Origin: Octopus sinensis | Lineage: Eukaryota | Direction: 5' to 3' | DNA length: 64,000 nt | Assembly: GCF_006345805.1 (NCBI RefSeq) | Contig: NC_043015.1 | Span: 38,626,001-38,690,000 of the forward strand | Part shown: positions 1 through 12,355 of the stretch, piece by piece | Layout: each line of letters begins with the position of its first letter | Numbering within the stretch: the first letter of the stretch is position 1 | Translations under genes and position numbers: made by a program | The notes under the pieces: generated by a model | Database searches by the model: none | The model's input: the letters and a program-made list of their open reading frames with translations, nothing else | Told to the model about the DNA's origin: nothing

Positions 1-840
1 GCCACCACCACCACCACTGCCACCACCACCACCACCATTTCTCCATCACCATCACCACCACTGCCACCACCACCACCACTGCCACCACCACCACCACCAT
101 TTCTCCATCACCATCACCACCACTGCCACCACCACCACCACTGCCACCACCACCACCACCATTTCTCCATCACCACCATCATCACTGCCACCACCACCAT
201 CACTGCAACCACCACCACCACTGCCACCACCACCACCACCATTTCTCCATCACCATCACCACCACTGCCACCACCACCACCACTGCCACCACCACCACCA
301 CCCCATTTCTCCATCACCATCACCACAGCCACCACCACCACCACTGCCACCACCACCACCACTGCCACCACCACCACCACTGCCACCACCACCACCACTT
401 CCACCACCACCACCACCATTTCTCCATCACCATCACCACCACTGCCACCACCACCACCACTGCCACCACCACCACCACCATTCTCCATCACCACCATCAT
501 CACTGCCACACCACCATCACTGCAACCACCACCACCACTGCCACCACCACCACCACTGCCACCACCACTGCCACTACCACCATCACTGCCACCACCACCA
601 CCACTGCCACCACCACCACCACTTCCACCACCACCACCACCATTTCTCCATCACCATCACCACCACTGCCACCACCACCATCACTGCCACCACCACCACC
701 ACCATTTCTCCATCACCACCACCATCACTGCCACCACCACCACCACTGCCACCACCACCATCACTGCCACCACCACCACCACCATTTCTCCATCACCACC
801 ACCACCACTGCCACCACCACCACCACTGCCACCACCACTG
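1..840. repeat. CAC/ACC-rich compound minisatellite with higher-order units
   Basis: (CAC)n tracts punctuated by ACTGCC and by a recurring ATTTCTCCATCACC marker, mostly 60-114 bp apart. Confidence 0.95.
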
Positions 841-915
841 GCCTAAGGTGCCATGCAGTGGAACTGAATCCGGAACCATGTGGTTGGGAAGCAAGCTTCT
901 TACCACACAGCCATA
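841..915 (-). mobile_element. tRNA-derived SINE head fragment (family B)
   Basis: Reverse complement of GGCTGTGTGGTAAGAAGCTTGCTTCCCAACCACATGGTTCCGGATTCAG, as in the copies at 16401 and 43678. Confidence 0.75.
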
Positions 916-1876
916 CCTGTACCTTTCAACCTTATGAGACCTCATCGGCAAAATGCAGACTTTACTATACTAACCAAATTAATGATAGGAGAATCACTAA
1001 GTAGATATAGAATGCTGTGAATAATTAGTACAAGTTGATGTGAATAATTAGCACAAAGCCACTTGATTAGTTTTGGGAAGGTGAGTTATTTCACTAAATA
1101 GAAATCTAAATGTTAGGTCAAGCGTGAAAGATTAGGGAAGAGAAAGCGAACATGACTGGCTGAAACCAGTTCTGGCTTTGAGTACAAATGTCTTGTTTTC
1201 ATAAGTTTTATGATCATCCCACCTTTCTTCAACAATTTTCTGGCATAGTGTATCTAGGGCTACATTATTCAATGTGTTTCTTAATAAGAAGGTAAGTTGT
1301 AATTTTCTGGCCGAGGTTATCTTGGAGTGCATTGTCCAACATAACCTTTATTTAAGACAATAAGATGTGATTTGTGGAATAGTTTTGGCTGCTATTTCTG
1401 CAAGCGCCAGTAACCATCAACAGGCTATTTCATGGACATTATTAAGTCAGTAAGAGTTATTTCCCTGCTCCACATAGATGACCTCAAGCCAAGACGGAGC
1501 CTCTTTGTTGATGGCCGTCCTGCTAGAAATAGCAGCCAAATCTCCCCGCCAAATAATAAGGGTCTAGATGTGCTATTTTGTCCTTGAGCAAAACACTTCA
1601 TTTGACTTTGTTTTGGTTGTCTTAGCTTGAAAAAATGATTTGTATCTGTATTTGAAAGGTATGCCTGTCTGTGGAATGCTCAGCCACTCGCATGTGAATT
1701 TCATGAGCTGGCTGTTCCATTGATTGAACCGACTGGAACCGTAGTCGTCGTAAGGAACAGTTTGCCAGTCATGTATGCATGCTTGTCCAGCTCTCAGCTG
1801 TTGGATGGCCATTCCTGCCCTTGCCCTGTGAGAAAACATCTTATACTGTACAACGGACAAAATGAAAAATTTATAG

Positions 1877-2039
1877 TATGATGTACTCGCGGGACGGAGC
1901 GGTAAAAGTGAATGGGGGATTGCCCGAGTACATTCATTGTGTAGTGGCAGACCCAAAGTATGCGCCGAGAGGAAAGGATTATGTGGAGGACTTTGAGTGG
2001 TGGGTCAAGAAACTGGACACCAGCACAATAGCAGAACGG
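1877..2039 (+). CDS. candidate exon of an unidentified gene
   Basis: Open frame MMYSRDGAVKVNGGLPEYIHCVVADPKYAPRGKDYVEDFEWWVKKLDTSTIAER ending at CGG|gtaagc; weak acceptor; product not recognised. Confidence 0.35.
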
Positions 2040-2135
2040 GTAAGCTATCTTGAACTTTTAAAGAAATTTAACATAGACATTCTTTGGAAAAATGAAACTT
2101 AATGGTTACAAATAATGTTTTAAAAAGGAGTTGTA

Positions 2136-2276
2136 TAAGGTTGTCCCAAAAGTTCGTAAAAAGTCTTGGAAAATAATGGTCTTTATTTTGAGGAATAATT
2201 TTTGTTGTTTTTGTTAGTACTTGGCGAGTAAAAATTCAATTTTCGCAAGTGTTTACGAACTTTTGGGACAACCTAA
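2136..2276. mobile_element. Tc1/mariner-type MITE (141 bp)
   Basis: Perfect 23-bp TIR AGGTTGTCCCAAAAGTTCGTAAA / TTTACGAACTTTTGGGACAACCT with TA on both sides. Confidence 0.85.
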
Positions 2277-2798
2277 TATTAATAGGTTCAGTGAAGTTGC
2301 TTAGAAGTCGGGCCAAACGGCTTCATTTCATTTATCATCTTATCTAATTCATCCTTTCCATCTGTTTCTTTTCTGTCCCCACCATGTGCTGTCCCCTCTG
2401 TGTTAAGCCATGTGTGGCCAATCAAAGAAAGTCTGCAGAGTATCCAATGGCAACCACTCTCCTTACCAAATAGGCTTGGTGGGGTTTTCAGCTTGGTTGC
2501 CGAGGCCTGACCATGCAATGGGTTGTACTAGGTTACGTGTTATCAGTAGCACTAAAAGTGACCTAACTTTGTTTAATGTCTCTCAGAAGGAATTCTCTAA
2601 AGTACCTCCTGTGGTTTACTTTGAATGGTGTGGAATAGTTCTTCTTTTTGGACAAACGCATTTGTTGTTTAGAGAGTGTGTTTGGCCATCTGCAAGACCA
2701 TTCCTCACTTTAAAAATCTTTTGGCCATTGGCATCACTTGATTTTTAACTCCTCTGGCATACTATGTCTAGCCGTTGCCAAAAAAGGTGAACACTCAC

Positions 2799-2890
2799 AG
2801 AGAAATTCCATGATGGGATGAAAGTATGTGTCAGCATGGGTAGTAAGCTGTGTGAACACCTGCTGCAAGAGGTGCCCATCGTTGCCATAT
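2799..2890 (-). CDS. candidate exon of an unidentified gene
   Basis: Strong acceptor (ctttacactctttttcacag) and donor (gtgagt); open frame YGNDGHLLQQVFTQLTTHADTYFHPIMEFL; not recognised. Confidence 0.35.
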
Positions 2891-3216
2891 CTGTGAAAAA
2901 GAGTGTAAAGCCACATCTGTTCTGCTCATGTTTTGGAGAAAAACAAAGAGATAACATTGCTCCATATCGAACTGTTGCCATCATGTACGTATGAATGTAG
3001 GAATGTGCATGTGAATACAGTTTATTAGTTTGTAAAGTGTCCCTTAATTAGTCATTGATTAACTCCAAAGAGCAGATCTATAAACAGCATTTCTTCTCCC
3101 CTCCATACACACGCAAGCATCAGGTGTACTGTTGATGAAGCATTGAAGTCTTGAAGGATGTAGTGTCCTGACAACTAACAAGGGATGTGGGTAGCTTATT
3201 CCATGCTTCAGTGGTT

Positions 3217-3600
3217 TGGGGGGGGGGGAGTGTTTCTGGTTACTGGTTTCTTATTGCTGTCAGCATCACCATCGCTACTACTACCGCTACTACTGTTGCC
3301 TCTACTCCTACCACCACCACCACTGTTTCCTCTACTCCTACCACCACCACTGCTGCTGCCACCATCATTACAGTCGCTAACACTGCACACTGCAATCATC
3401 ATCCATCGAAGTTGTCATTGCCATCACTGCCACCATCACCACCACCACAGCAGTTGCTATCACCACCACCACCACCACCATCGCCACCACCACCACTATC
3501 ACCACCACCATCGCCACCACCACCACCACCACAACCACCACTGCCACCACCACCACAACCACCACTGCTTCTGCTGCCATCTTCACCATCACCCCTGAAG
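3217..3600. repeat. G-run followed by ACT/ACC/ATC trinucleotide low-complexity tract
   Basis: Poly-G, then CTACTA/CACCAC repeats that generate the Pro-, His- and Thr-rich ORFs. Confidence 0.85.
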
Positions 3601-3782
3601 TTGACCTCCTCTGCAGGAAGTAACTAAAGACCTCAAAGGAAGTCTGTGCTGGACAAACACCCGTCTATTAAAAGTTTTAGAGACAAAAATAAATTACAGC
3701 GAGGTGATGTGAAGGGCTTCATAACGATCTCCTCCACATCAGTCTCTCATTCTTCTGTCTTTGTATCTCTCTGAACATTTAA

Positions 3783-4004
3783 CCCTTTCATTATCAACCC
3801 GGATGAAACTGGTTCTGGCTCTGAGTACAAATGTCTTGTTTTCATAAGTTCTGGATTAAAATCTTCCACCAAATCTTAGCCACAATTTATGTTCCTAACA
3901 CTAGCTCAATGATTACTAAGTTATTTTACTAAATTCTTTTGTTATATTTAAAATTAATTGAAAGAAACACAGAACATCTCAAAATAAATGCAGTAATGAA
4001 AGGG
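3783..4004. mobile_element. piggyBac-type MITE
   Basis: TTAA|CCCTTTCATTA ... TAATGAAAGGG|TTAA; a partial internal copy lies at about 1155-1207. Confidence 0.75.
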
Positions 4005-5531
4005 TTAAAGAATACTGCAACACATGTGACATTTAAGCCCTCCCCCAGTCGTTTCTGTCAATTCACCACCCTTCCGCACCCCAGCACACACATTTTAGTA
4101 CCTGTTGTTACTACCTTATCATAGTTTCATCATCAACCACATCTCTACCCTTCTTTCACCTCCATCTCTAACTACCTTCCACCCTCCACCCTCTTGTACT
4201 CTTATGAACCTATGCACCCACCCTTACTGATCTTCTCTCTGTATTCTCTCTTGTATTGGTTTCGAATTTTGGCACAGAACCAGCAATTTGGGGGGATGGG
4301 AGGGGGGTAAGTTGATTACATTGACCCCAGTATGCAACTGGTACTTATTTTATCAACCCCAAAAAGATGAAAGGTAAAGGAATTTGAATTGAGAGCATAA
4401 ATGGACGAAATACTTTGCAGCATTTCGTCCAGCATACTAAGTTTTCTGAAATAACAATCCTTTCTGTTCTAGGCCCAAGACCTGAAATTTGGTGGAGATG
4501 GGGGCCACTTGATTAGATCGATCTCAGTACACAACTGGTACTGCCCAGGTGTCAAAACCATAATGATATTCGTGGGACAGCTGATGATGGAGGGACGCTG
4601 GGTTGTTGGTATGGCTGTTTTTGTATATGTGGAATAGTGTTATAACACATCTTTTGATATGTACGTATGTATATATTTAAATTACTTTGAAAAATTAAAT
4701 AAAATTCTGCTGTTTAAGAAGATCAAATAAAATATAGAAAATGTGTTTTTACAGGAATGGATGAAAGTAACAAGGAAGCTTTTTTTAATAAAATGAAAGA
4801 AAAAACGTTTAGAAATATTTAATATTGTTCATAATTCTGATATTCTTGTATTAGTTCCAGCCAAGTTAGCTGCAATCTCAGCATAAATGCATTCCATATG
4901 ATATGGGGAATAAATTCATTGTCATGCCATCAGGATTTATCTCCCTTGTTTTAGTTGGGTTTGGAGAAAGTCGAAAGCTTTTGGTTTACCAATAAAGAAG
5001 TTCCACGCTGAAAGGAAAACTAAAATTTCAGTAGAAAAATGCCGAACTGAAACACATTGTAAAACGTTAGTGTGAAAAGAAATGGTAGAAGGTTGATTTT
5101 AGTATTTTTTTGTAATTTCTGTGGAATTCTTGTAAGTCTTTTATTTCTGATTATCTTCTTGAACTTTCTGTCGTTTGTTGGCAGTGTTAACCCTGGGCCT
5201 TTTGTTGACCTTCTTTCTGTTTTTTTTTTTGTTTTTTTATGTTTGCGCTTGTTACTGTTAACCTAAATTTCTTGTAATTGTTGTTGTCCCTTCGAAGTAT
5301 TACCTCCTCCACTTTTTGTTCTTTTTACTCTTGCCCCTAAATTTTATGTCACTTACTGTTATCCCCAAATTTATTTTAATTTTAAACACTTTAGTAGTAA
5401 CACTTGGTAACATTACCTCTTTTTACTGTCACCTTTAAATTCCAAGAAGTGACCTGAACACTAATAATAATAATAATAATAACATTGAAAAATACCTTAG
5501 GAATGAGAACCCAGGTTTGAAATTTCCCCAA

Positions 5532-5577
5532 GACACCTGAAGAAGTCTGGAGGGTTTATCAGCCGAAACGTTGTGTT
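5532..5577 (+). ncRNA. minimal type I hammerhead ribozyme motif in a Penelope/retrozyme-like repeat
   Basis: gacac-CUGAAGA-A-gucug[loop]cagcc-GAAA-CG-UU-gugUU; stem I ACAC/GUGU; palindromic helix III; stem II has one mismatch. Confidence 0.6.
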
Positions 5578-6059
5578 AACAACAAAAAAGATGAGGAGAA
5601 ATATCCGTCGAATGTAAATAATATATTTATAGTTCTATTAGCCCCTTAGGGGAAATGAAAAAGTTAGGGATTATAGTAATCCCTATATTTCTTGTTGTTT
5701 GGTAATGTTACTCCCGCCTGAACACTTAGTATTTTTGTTTGCATTCATCACCTTTATCCCTTAATTTATAGTTTATCTTTGTTAGCCTCCCTTAATTATC
5801 ACCTTCAATCTGTTTCTGTTAGGTTTGAATTTATTACTCTTATCCTACCTCAGAAATTTTGAAGAAAATTATATTATTTAACATGAATGTAGAAGAAGAA
5901 TTCAAATATATTTAGGATTTAAATAAAATAATAAAAACAAAATTTTCGTAATTCTGTTATTGCAAAATATAAAAAGGTAGCAAGCAGCCGGAATTGGTAG
6001 AATTCTGGACGAAAGGTAACACATCATTTCTTCCAGCTTTACATTCTTCAGCATCCTCA

Positions 6060-6270
6060 TCATTTAATGTCTGTTGTCCATGCTGGCATCGGTTGGACAG
6101 TTTGACCAGGGCTGGCAAGCTGGGGAGCTGCACCAGGTTCCAGTCTGATTTGGCAGGGTTTCTATGGCTGGATGCCCCTCCTAACGCCAACCACTCCAAG
6201 AGTGCAATGGGTGCTTTTATGTGCCACTGGCATGGGTGCCATTTGCATGACACCAGTATCTGCCACGACT
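6060..6270 (+). mobile_element. SINE family C
   Basis: CCATGCTGGCAT...GCTGGATGCCC.TCCTAACGCCAACCACTCC core repeated throughout the window. Confidence 0.8.
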
Positions 6271-6439
6271 GTGATTCAGAGTTCAAATTACACCAAGGCT
6301 GGCTTTGCCTTTCATCCTCACAGATTCGATAAAACAAGTACCATTTGAGCATTGGTGGGTCGATGCAATCAGCTTACCCAAAATGTCTGGCCCCAAGTGG
6401 CTGGAGAAAAATCAACCCCAAATGGCTTTTGAATTCAGA

Positions 6440-7581
6440 AGATGCCAATATGGATGAGTGATTGAGAAGATTATTTACCGTAACAAAAAGTACTCCTCCA
6501 CTATTGTTCTGACTTCATCTACAGAATTCATATATTTTTCATCCAAATGATTTTGAAGACTGCAGAATAAATGATAACCAGTTGGGTGAATATGGTGGGT
6601 GGGGCATCTCCATTCAAACTGCTCCAGCCTTTGGAATGTTATACTCGCTGTATGTGGCCAAGCATTATCCTGATGGAAGAACACCTTTTGTCTTGAAACC
6701 AAAGACGGTCATTCTTCTTCTAGTGCTGACTTAAGCAGCTCAAGCTGCTCACAGTAAATCTCCTTTGTTATCGTTTGGTTTCGGTTTAAGTGTTCAAGGT
6801 GGACTAAACATTTCATATCCCATCAAAGAGATAACAACACCTTACGTGAATGAACACCTTCTTTAGCCTGGGGTGCCGGTCTTTCTCCTTTCCCTACCCA
6901 TTGTCTTTGGCACTTGACATTTTTATAGAGGACCCATTTCTTGTCACCAGTCACTGTTCGGTCCAAAAAAAGGTCCATTCGTGAGACATGACAGCAAAGA
7001 AGAACACACGTTCACTCTGTGCGCGATTTGATTCGGAAAGTTTGTGAGGAACCATTTGACCCAATTTGCTGACTTTTCTAATGGAACACAGGTGTCGATG
7101 AATGGTTGAATGACCCAATCCAAGCTTCTCTGCTAGTTCCTCAACAGCTACAATGGGATTTTGTTCCACCAGGCTTTGCAGGACATCCTCATCGAGCTCT
7201 ACTTTCAGGACTTCCAGGATGAGGATCGTATTCTAGGCTGTAGTTTCCGGCTCGGAATCTTTGGAACCACCACTGACACTGGCTGACACTTATTGTCCGA
7301 TCCCAAATACTGCATTGATATTCCTTGCACTTTCCGTTGCATTGTTGCCTTTATTGAACTCATAAAGTAAAATATGCTGAATATGCTCCTTTGTCACTTC
7401 CATTATAGCTTTAGAAAGATAACTGTTAAAATCGAACTACATTCTTCAAATCTTGCACTAAGAATAAGTACAAGGTAAAATTATTATTTGCTTTTACAGC
7501 AAGTTGATGCAGGTAGTTTATCCCGTCCCCTTCCAACTTTCAGTTCATGCAATTGAAAAAAACTGCATTATTTATGGGACG

Positions 7582-7587
<6 letters not shown>
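6440..7587 (-). mobile_element. degenerate mariner (Mos1-like) transposon, 3' TIR missing
   Basis: Fragments MEVTKEHI..LLYEFNKGNNATE (ATG 7403), LGLGHSTIHRHL..KLGQMVPHKL (WVPHEL-like), FHQDNAWPH, YHLFCSLQNHL; stops and frameshifts; TIR-like end at about 7561-7585 next to (TA)n. Confidence 0.9.
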
Positions 7588-7619
<32 letters not shown>

Positions 7620-8429
7620 TATATATATATATAGATATGTGTATGGTGTGTGGTTTTGCTTGTATTGAGGCCCAAAAGGATCTGAAATGCTGTGTCCTCG
7701 AGAAAAACAAATTTCATTTTTGAAATCTGTCTCAAGGCAAATGTTGTGCATAAATAATGAAAAAAATATAATTTGCTACAAGAAATAATTCCACTTTTAC
7801 ATCTACAAATCTACTCTCCATTTGTTACCATCAATCTATCCCTCTCTTATTTACCACACACTTTATCTCTCTCGCACTCTAAGTATTTATATCTCATGCA
7901 TTGTTTTCATTTTGTTTAACACTTCCAACTTGTCATGTTTATTTTCATTTTATCACACCTATCACATGCTAATCTTGTTTTCTGATTAGGTAAAAAATGT
8001 AACTTGGTGACCTCAGGTGTCACAGTACCATGAAAAAGCAGTTGGTACGCTCTGTAGAATGGTCAGCATCCAGCTGTAGAGAACATTCTAAAGCAGACAC
8101 TGGAGCTCAGTACAAGACTCTGGCACAGCAAAGTCTGTTGAACTATTTAACCCAGGCCAGCATGGAAGCTGGACGTTAAATGATGATGATGAATAGAGAA
8201 ACAGTACTCCATACATTTTAGAGGCTGAGTATAGTTAATAACAGTCGATTATAATTGAGCTCAGTCAGTTAGTAATCCTCCATTTGTTAATCTTGGAAGG
8301 TTGAAAGGCAAAGTTGAGCTTAGTGAGATTTGAATTCAGAATAATTCCGAGGTCTTGTGCGCAAGGCCACAAGTGTGAAGGAAATAGATATAGGTGGCTG
8401 AATTGACATCCTCAGTACATGGTTAAGAA

Positions 8430-8760
8430 CCCCCACCCTTCAGTCATGAATGACCATGGGATTGCACCTAGAAAGTTCCCTTCTGAGGTCCAAGCAAGGT
8501 TGTTTATGGAAGACCAGCAGTGACCCATGCATACCAGTCTCTCCTCTCCATGCCACCAATGTTATCAAAGGGAAAGGCAAAGGGGCCAATACAGCTTGGC
8601 ACCAGTGATGTTGCAACTCATTTCTACAACTGAGTGAACTGGAGCAATGTGAAATAAAGTGTCTTGCTCAAGAACACAACACAAAGCCCAGTCTGTGAAT
8701 CGAACTCACTACCTCGTGATTGTGAGCCCAACATTCTAACCCCTGAGTAATGTGTATTCA
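8430..8760 (-). mobile_element. tRNA-derived SINE family D
   Basis: Shares GACCATGGGATTGCACCTAGAAAG...GGGAAAGGCAAAGGGG with 17075-17345; tRNA-like head at the right end. Confidence 0.7.
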
Positions 8761-9109
8761 CTCTCAGTACATGACTGGTACTTCCTTTATCAACCTACAA
8801 AAGAAGCCAATGTGAACTTCTTGACAGGATTTCAACTTAGTTTGTCCAATGAAATCCAAAGCCGCAAGACAAAACCAACTCATGATATCGGTTAAGGAAT
8901 ATGACAAGTGAAACATAATACTCCAAATCCAATGCCTCCAATAATTCTACAGAATAGCAACTACATTTTCTTCTTTGCATTTCTTTGATATTTCAGAGTT
9001 AGACGCCCTTCGGCAGTACACATGGAGATACGGGATGGAGCTGTTAATCTTTGCTCAGATTTGTGGGAGACGGTTGTGACATGCACAGACTGGTGTTTGA
9101 GGGGAGGTG

Positions 9110-10400
9110 TTAGTTTGATTGCACCAATTCCAGTACTTGACCGATATCTTAAGTTGTCAACCTCACAGAAATGAAAGAAAATGTCAACCTTGGTGAGGTT
9201 TTAATGTAAGGGCCATAACTGAATACCCTAAAACATTTTGCCCAAAGCTCTAACGATTCTGCCAACCCACAGCCAAAGTAGTAATAATAATGCTTTCAAA
9301 TTATGGCACAAGGCCAGCAATTTTGAGGGAGGGGGAGAGTCGATTAAATCAACCCCAGTGCTCCACTGGAAATTATTTTATCGACCCCAAAAAGGCAAAA
9401 GCAAAGTCAACCTCAGCGGAATTTGAACTCCACAACAATAATAATAATAATCCTTTCTACTGTAGGCACAAGGCCTTAAATTTGGGGGAGGGAGGACTAG
9501 TTGATTGGATCAACTCCAGTTTGTAACTGGTGTTTATTCCATCAACCCTGAAAGGATGAAAGACAAAGTCAACCTCGGTGGAATTTGAGCTCAGGAATGT
9601 CCGTGGCAGACGAAATACTGCTAAACATATTGCCTGGCTTGTTAAATACTCTGCCAGCTCACTGCCTTAATAGTAATAATACTAGTTTCAAATTTTGCCA
9701 TAAGGGCAGTCATTTGGGGGGAGGGGAAGAGTCAATTACATCGACCCTAGTATTTCACTGGTACTTAATTTAACGACCCTGAAAGGATGAAATACAAAGT
9801 CAACCTCGGCAGAATTTGAGCTTAGAACGTAGTGACATACAAAATACCACTAAGCATTTCACCCGGAGGGCTAACGGTTCTGTCAGCTTGCCGCCTTAAT
9901 AATAATAATAATCCCTTCAAGTATGGGCACCGGTACATTATCTTACTGACCTCAAAATGATGAAAGGTAATGTTAACTGCAGTAGTATTTGAACTCAGAA
10001 TGTAAAGTTCCGAAGACATACAACAAAGCATTCGACACTAACTATTCTGCCAGCTCACAATATTAATAGTTTCTGCTTTAGGCACAAGCCTTAAAAATTT
10101 AGGGGAGAGGGCTAGTCGATTGCATCGACCCCTGTGCTCAACGGGGACTTATTTCTGTGACCCTGAAAGGATGAAAGGCAAAATTGATTTCGGTAGAATT
10201 TGAAGCTGAACGAAATGGTACTAAGGTTTTCGTCCAGTGTACTAACAGCTCTACAAGTTCGCTAAGTAATAATAATAATAATAAAAATGATAATTATTTC
10301 AAATTTTGGCACAAGTTCAGCAATTTTAGTGGATGGGTGGGTGTGTCGATTACATCGGCTCCAGTACTAGACTAGAACTTCAATATATCCACCCTGAAAT
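9110..10400 (-). mobile_element. stack of about 7 head-to-tail SINE (family A-type) copies
   Basis: Repeated GAAAGGATGAAAGGCAAAGTC.ACCTCGGC.GAATTTGAACTCAG cores separated by (AAT)n tails, all in one orientation. Confidence 0.8.
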
Positions 10401-11645
10401 GATTAATAGGTTCGAACTGCTGTGATTTCTAAACTAAGCACAAAACCCACACATTTTTTTCCTTTCTTTCTGTGGAAGATAAGAAGAGGTCCCAGTTGAT
10501 AAAGAACCTTCGAAACTTGAGAAGTTGACTTTTTATTTTACAGACCCGAGAAGAACGAAACGGCAAAGGCGACTTAGACGGAAATTAAATATTCCGTAAC
10601 TTATTTTCAGATGAGTTTAAATATTGTTTTTTAAAACTTCCTACTGTCTGACGTAGACACAAGGCCACAAAATGAGTCAAAATCGATTCAAATGATCGAC
10701 CTCGGTACTCGCCTGGCATGTTTTAAGAGTACACGCAGTAAACTCAAAAGAAAAAAAATACAACCATCATTAAATTTTTTCAATAAATAAATTATTTAAA
10801 CACAAAATAAAATAATTAAAATAAAGTAGGAAGAGGAGCTTCGGGAAAATTGGAAGAGCCAAATATTGGAGTTGTGCTTGGCAACTCAAGTGCACTTTTG
10901 GGGAATTAAAAAGCAAAATTTTCTTTATCGTCACCTCTCCGATAAAGATCTGGCTGAGTCACAATTAGATTAAATCATTTTTGTTGTTAGATATTTTTAT
11001 ATAATTACAAATTTTATATTAAAAAAAAATGCTATCATATGTATTTGAAGTATTGGGGTTTAATTTTTATTTTAGAAAATTAAATGGAAATCGCATTTGT
11101 CATTGTGGTGTGTCTGTTTCCTTCTGAGGGTTGTCATATGAAGGATGATTATTTAAGTGAAACACCCCCCAACGGAAGGACGAAGGGTAGAAATCGACAA
11201 GGTTCGAACACAGAACGTAGAATAACTGGTAAAACTAAAATACTGCAAAACATTTAGTTAATCACTAAATCAATTCTTGAAATTAATAACAGGAAAAGTA
11301 ACGACAATAAAAATAAAATTAGTAATAACAACAATAATAGTAATTTCTCACATGGTTGTGAAACCTCATAGTTTTAATAAAAATAAGATTAGTTTCTTGA
11401 TGTTGTTTAGCCACAGGTCAACCCGTATCGAGCACTCCAACTGTGACCATCCCGTCTTTTTGTAGGGGTATGAAGGACTGCATTATCCAACGTGTCCTTC
11501 CCCGTAAGACGGTAGGGTGTGATCTGAGAAGAGTGTTACCTGCTATTTCTTGCAGGGTCGATCGACCACGTAGAGTTACCTTCAGTGGTGTAATGTGTTG
11601 TTAATATTGACGAAGAAGGAAAGATGTTCATTTTTTTTCTTTTTG

Positions 11646-11679
<34 letters not shown>

Positions 11680-12103
11680 TATATAGTCTTTTTGTTTCTT
11701 TTCTGTAATGAGAGATGGATGAATTAAATGAAGTTGTTAGTCTTAGTTTTTAACAATAATTCCATTCACACGATATATATGTATATATATGCGATCCTAG
11801 TATTTTACTGGTACTTTATTTTATCCACCCTCGAAGGATGAAAGGCAAAGTTAACCTCGGCGGGATTTGAAAACAGTAAGTAAAGACACCGTAACTAAAT
11901 ACCGCAAGGTATTTCGTCCGATGCTCTACCGATTCAACCAATCCACAGTCATGTCTATATATGTGTATATTCCTCTTTTTGTGTTGTTGTTTTTTTTCTT
12001 TTTACAAATGGTTTAAATGGGTTTTTTTTTTCCTTTTTGTTTATATGTATATATATATATATAATTCTTTATGAGGAGTAAAGACGACGACTCCTGGGGG
12101 TTG

Positions 12104-12355
12104 TCAACGTTCGGTACATCCTACCCCTTGGCAGTCATCTGTGGGACAGTGCCAAAACATGCAGTTCCCCACACAACTGTAGCATATGAGAAAGACAGCA
12201 GCTAGAAAGACCACACTGCATATCGTGCAGGGTTTCCTTTCTAAGAAGAAACTGGTGAGGTAGAGCACCATGAACATGGCATGGTTATAGATGAAAGCTG
12301 GGTTCAATGGTTTCGGTATAAGCAACACAGGTATGAGCCACTGTAAGCAATACAT
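12104..12355 (-). CDS. BLCAP: bladder cancer-associated protein (83 aa, single coding exon)
   Basis: [65 protein letters not shown] aligns with human [65 protein letters not shown]. Confidence 0.97.
   Translation of the reverse strand: MYCLQWLIPVLLIPKPLNPAFIYNHAMFMVLYLTSFFLERKPCTICSVVFLAAVFLICYSCVGNCMFWHCPTDDCQGVGCTER

Noticed and set aside
114-509. Gly/Val-rich ORF
   Set aside because: Direct product of the CAC repeat; no splice or homology support.
3185-3627. Pro-, His- and Thr-rich ORFs resembling extensin or formin linkers
   Set aside because: Trinucleotide low-complexity tract open in several frames on both strands.
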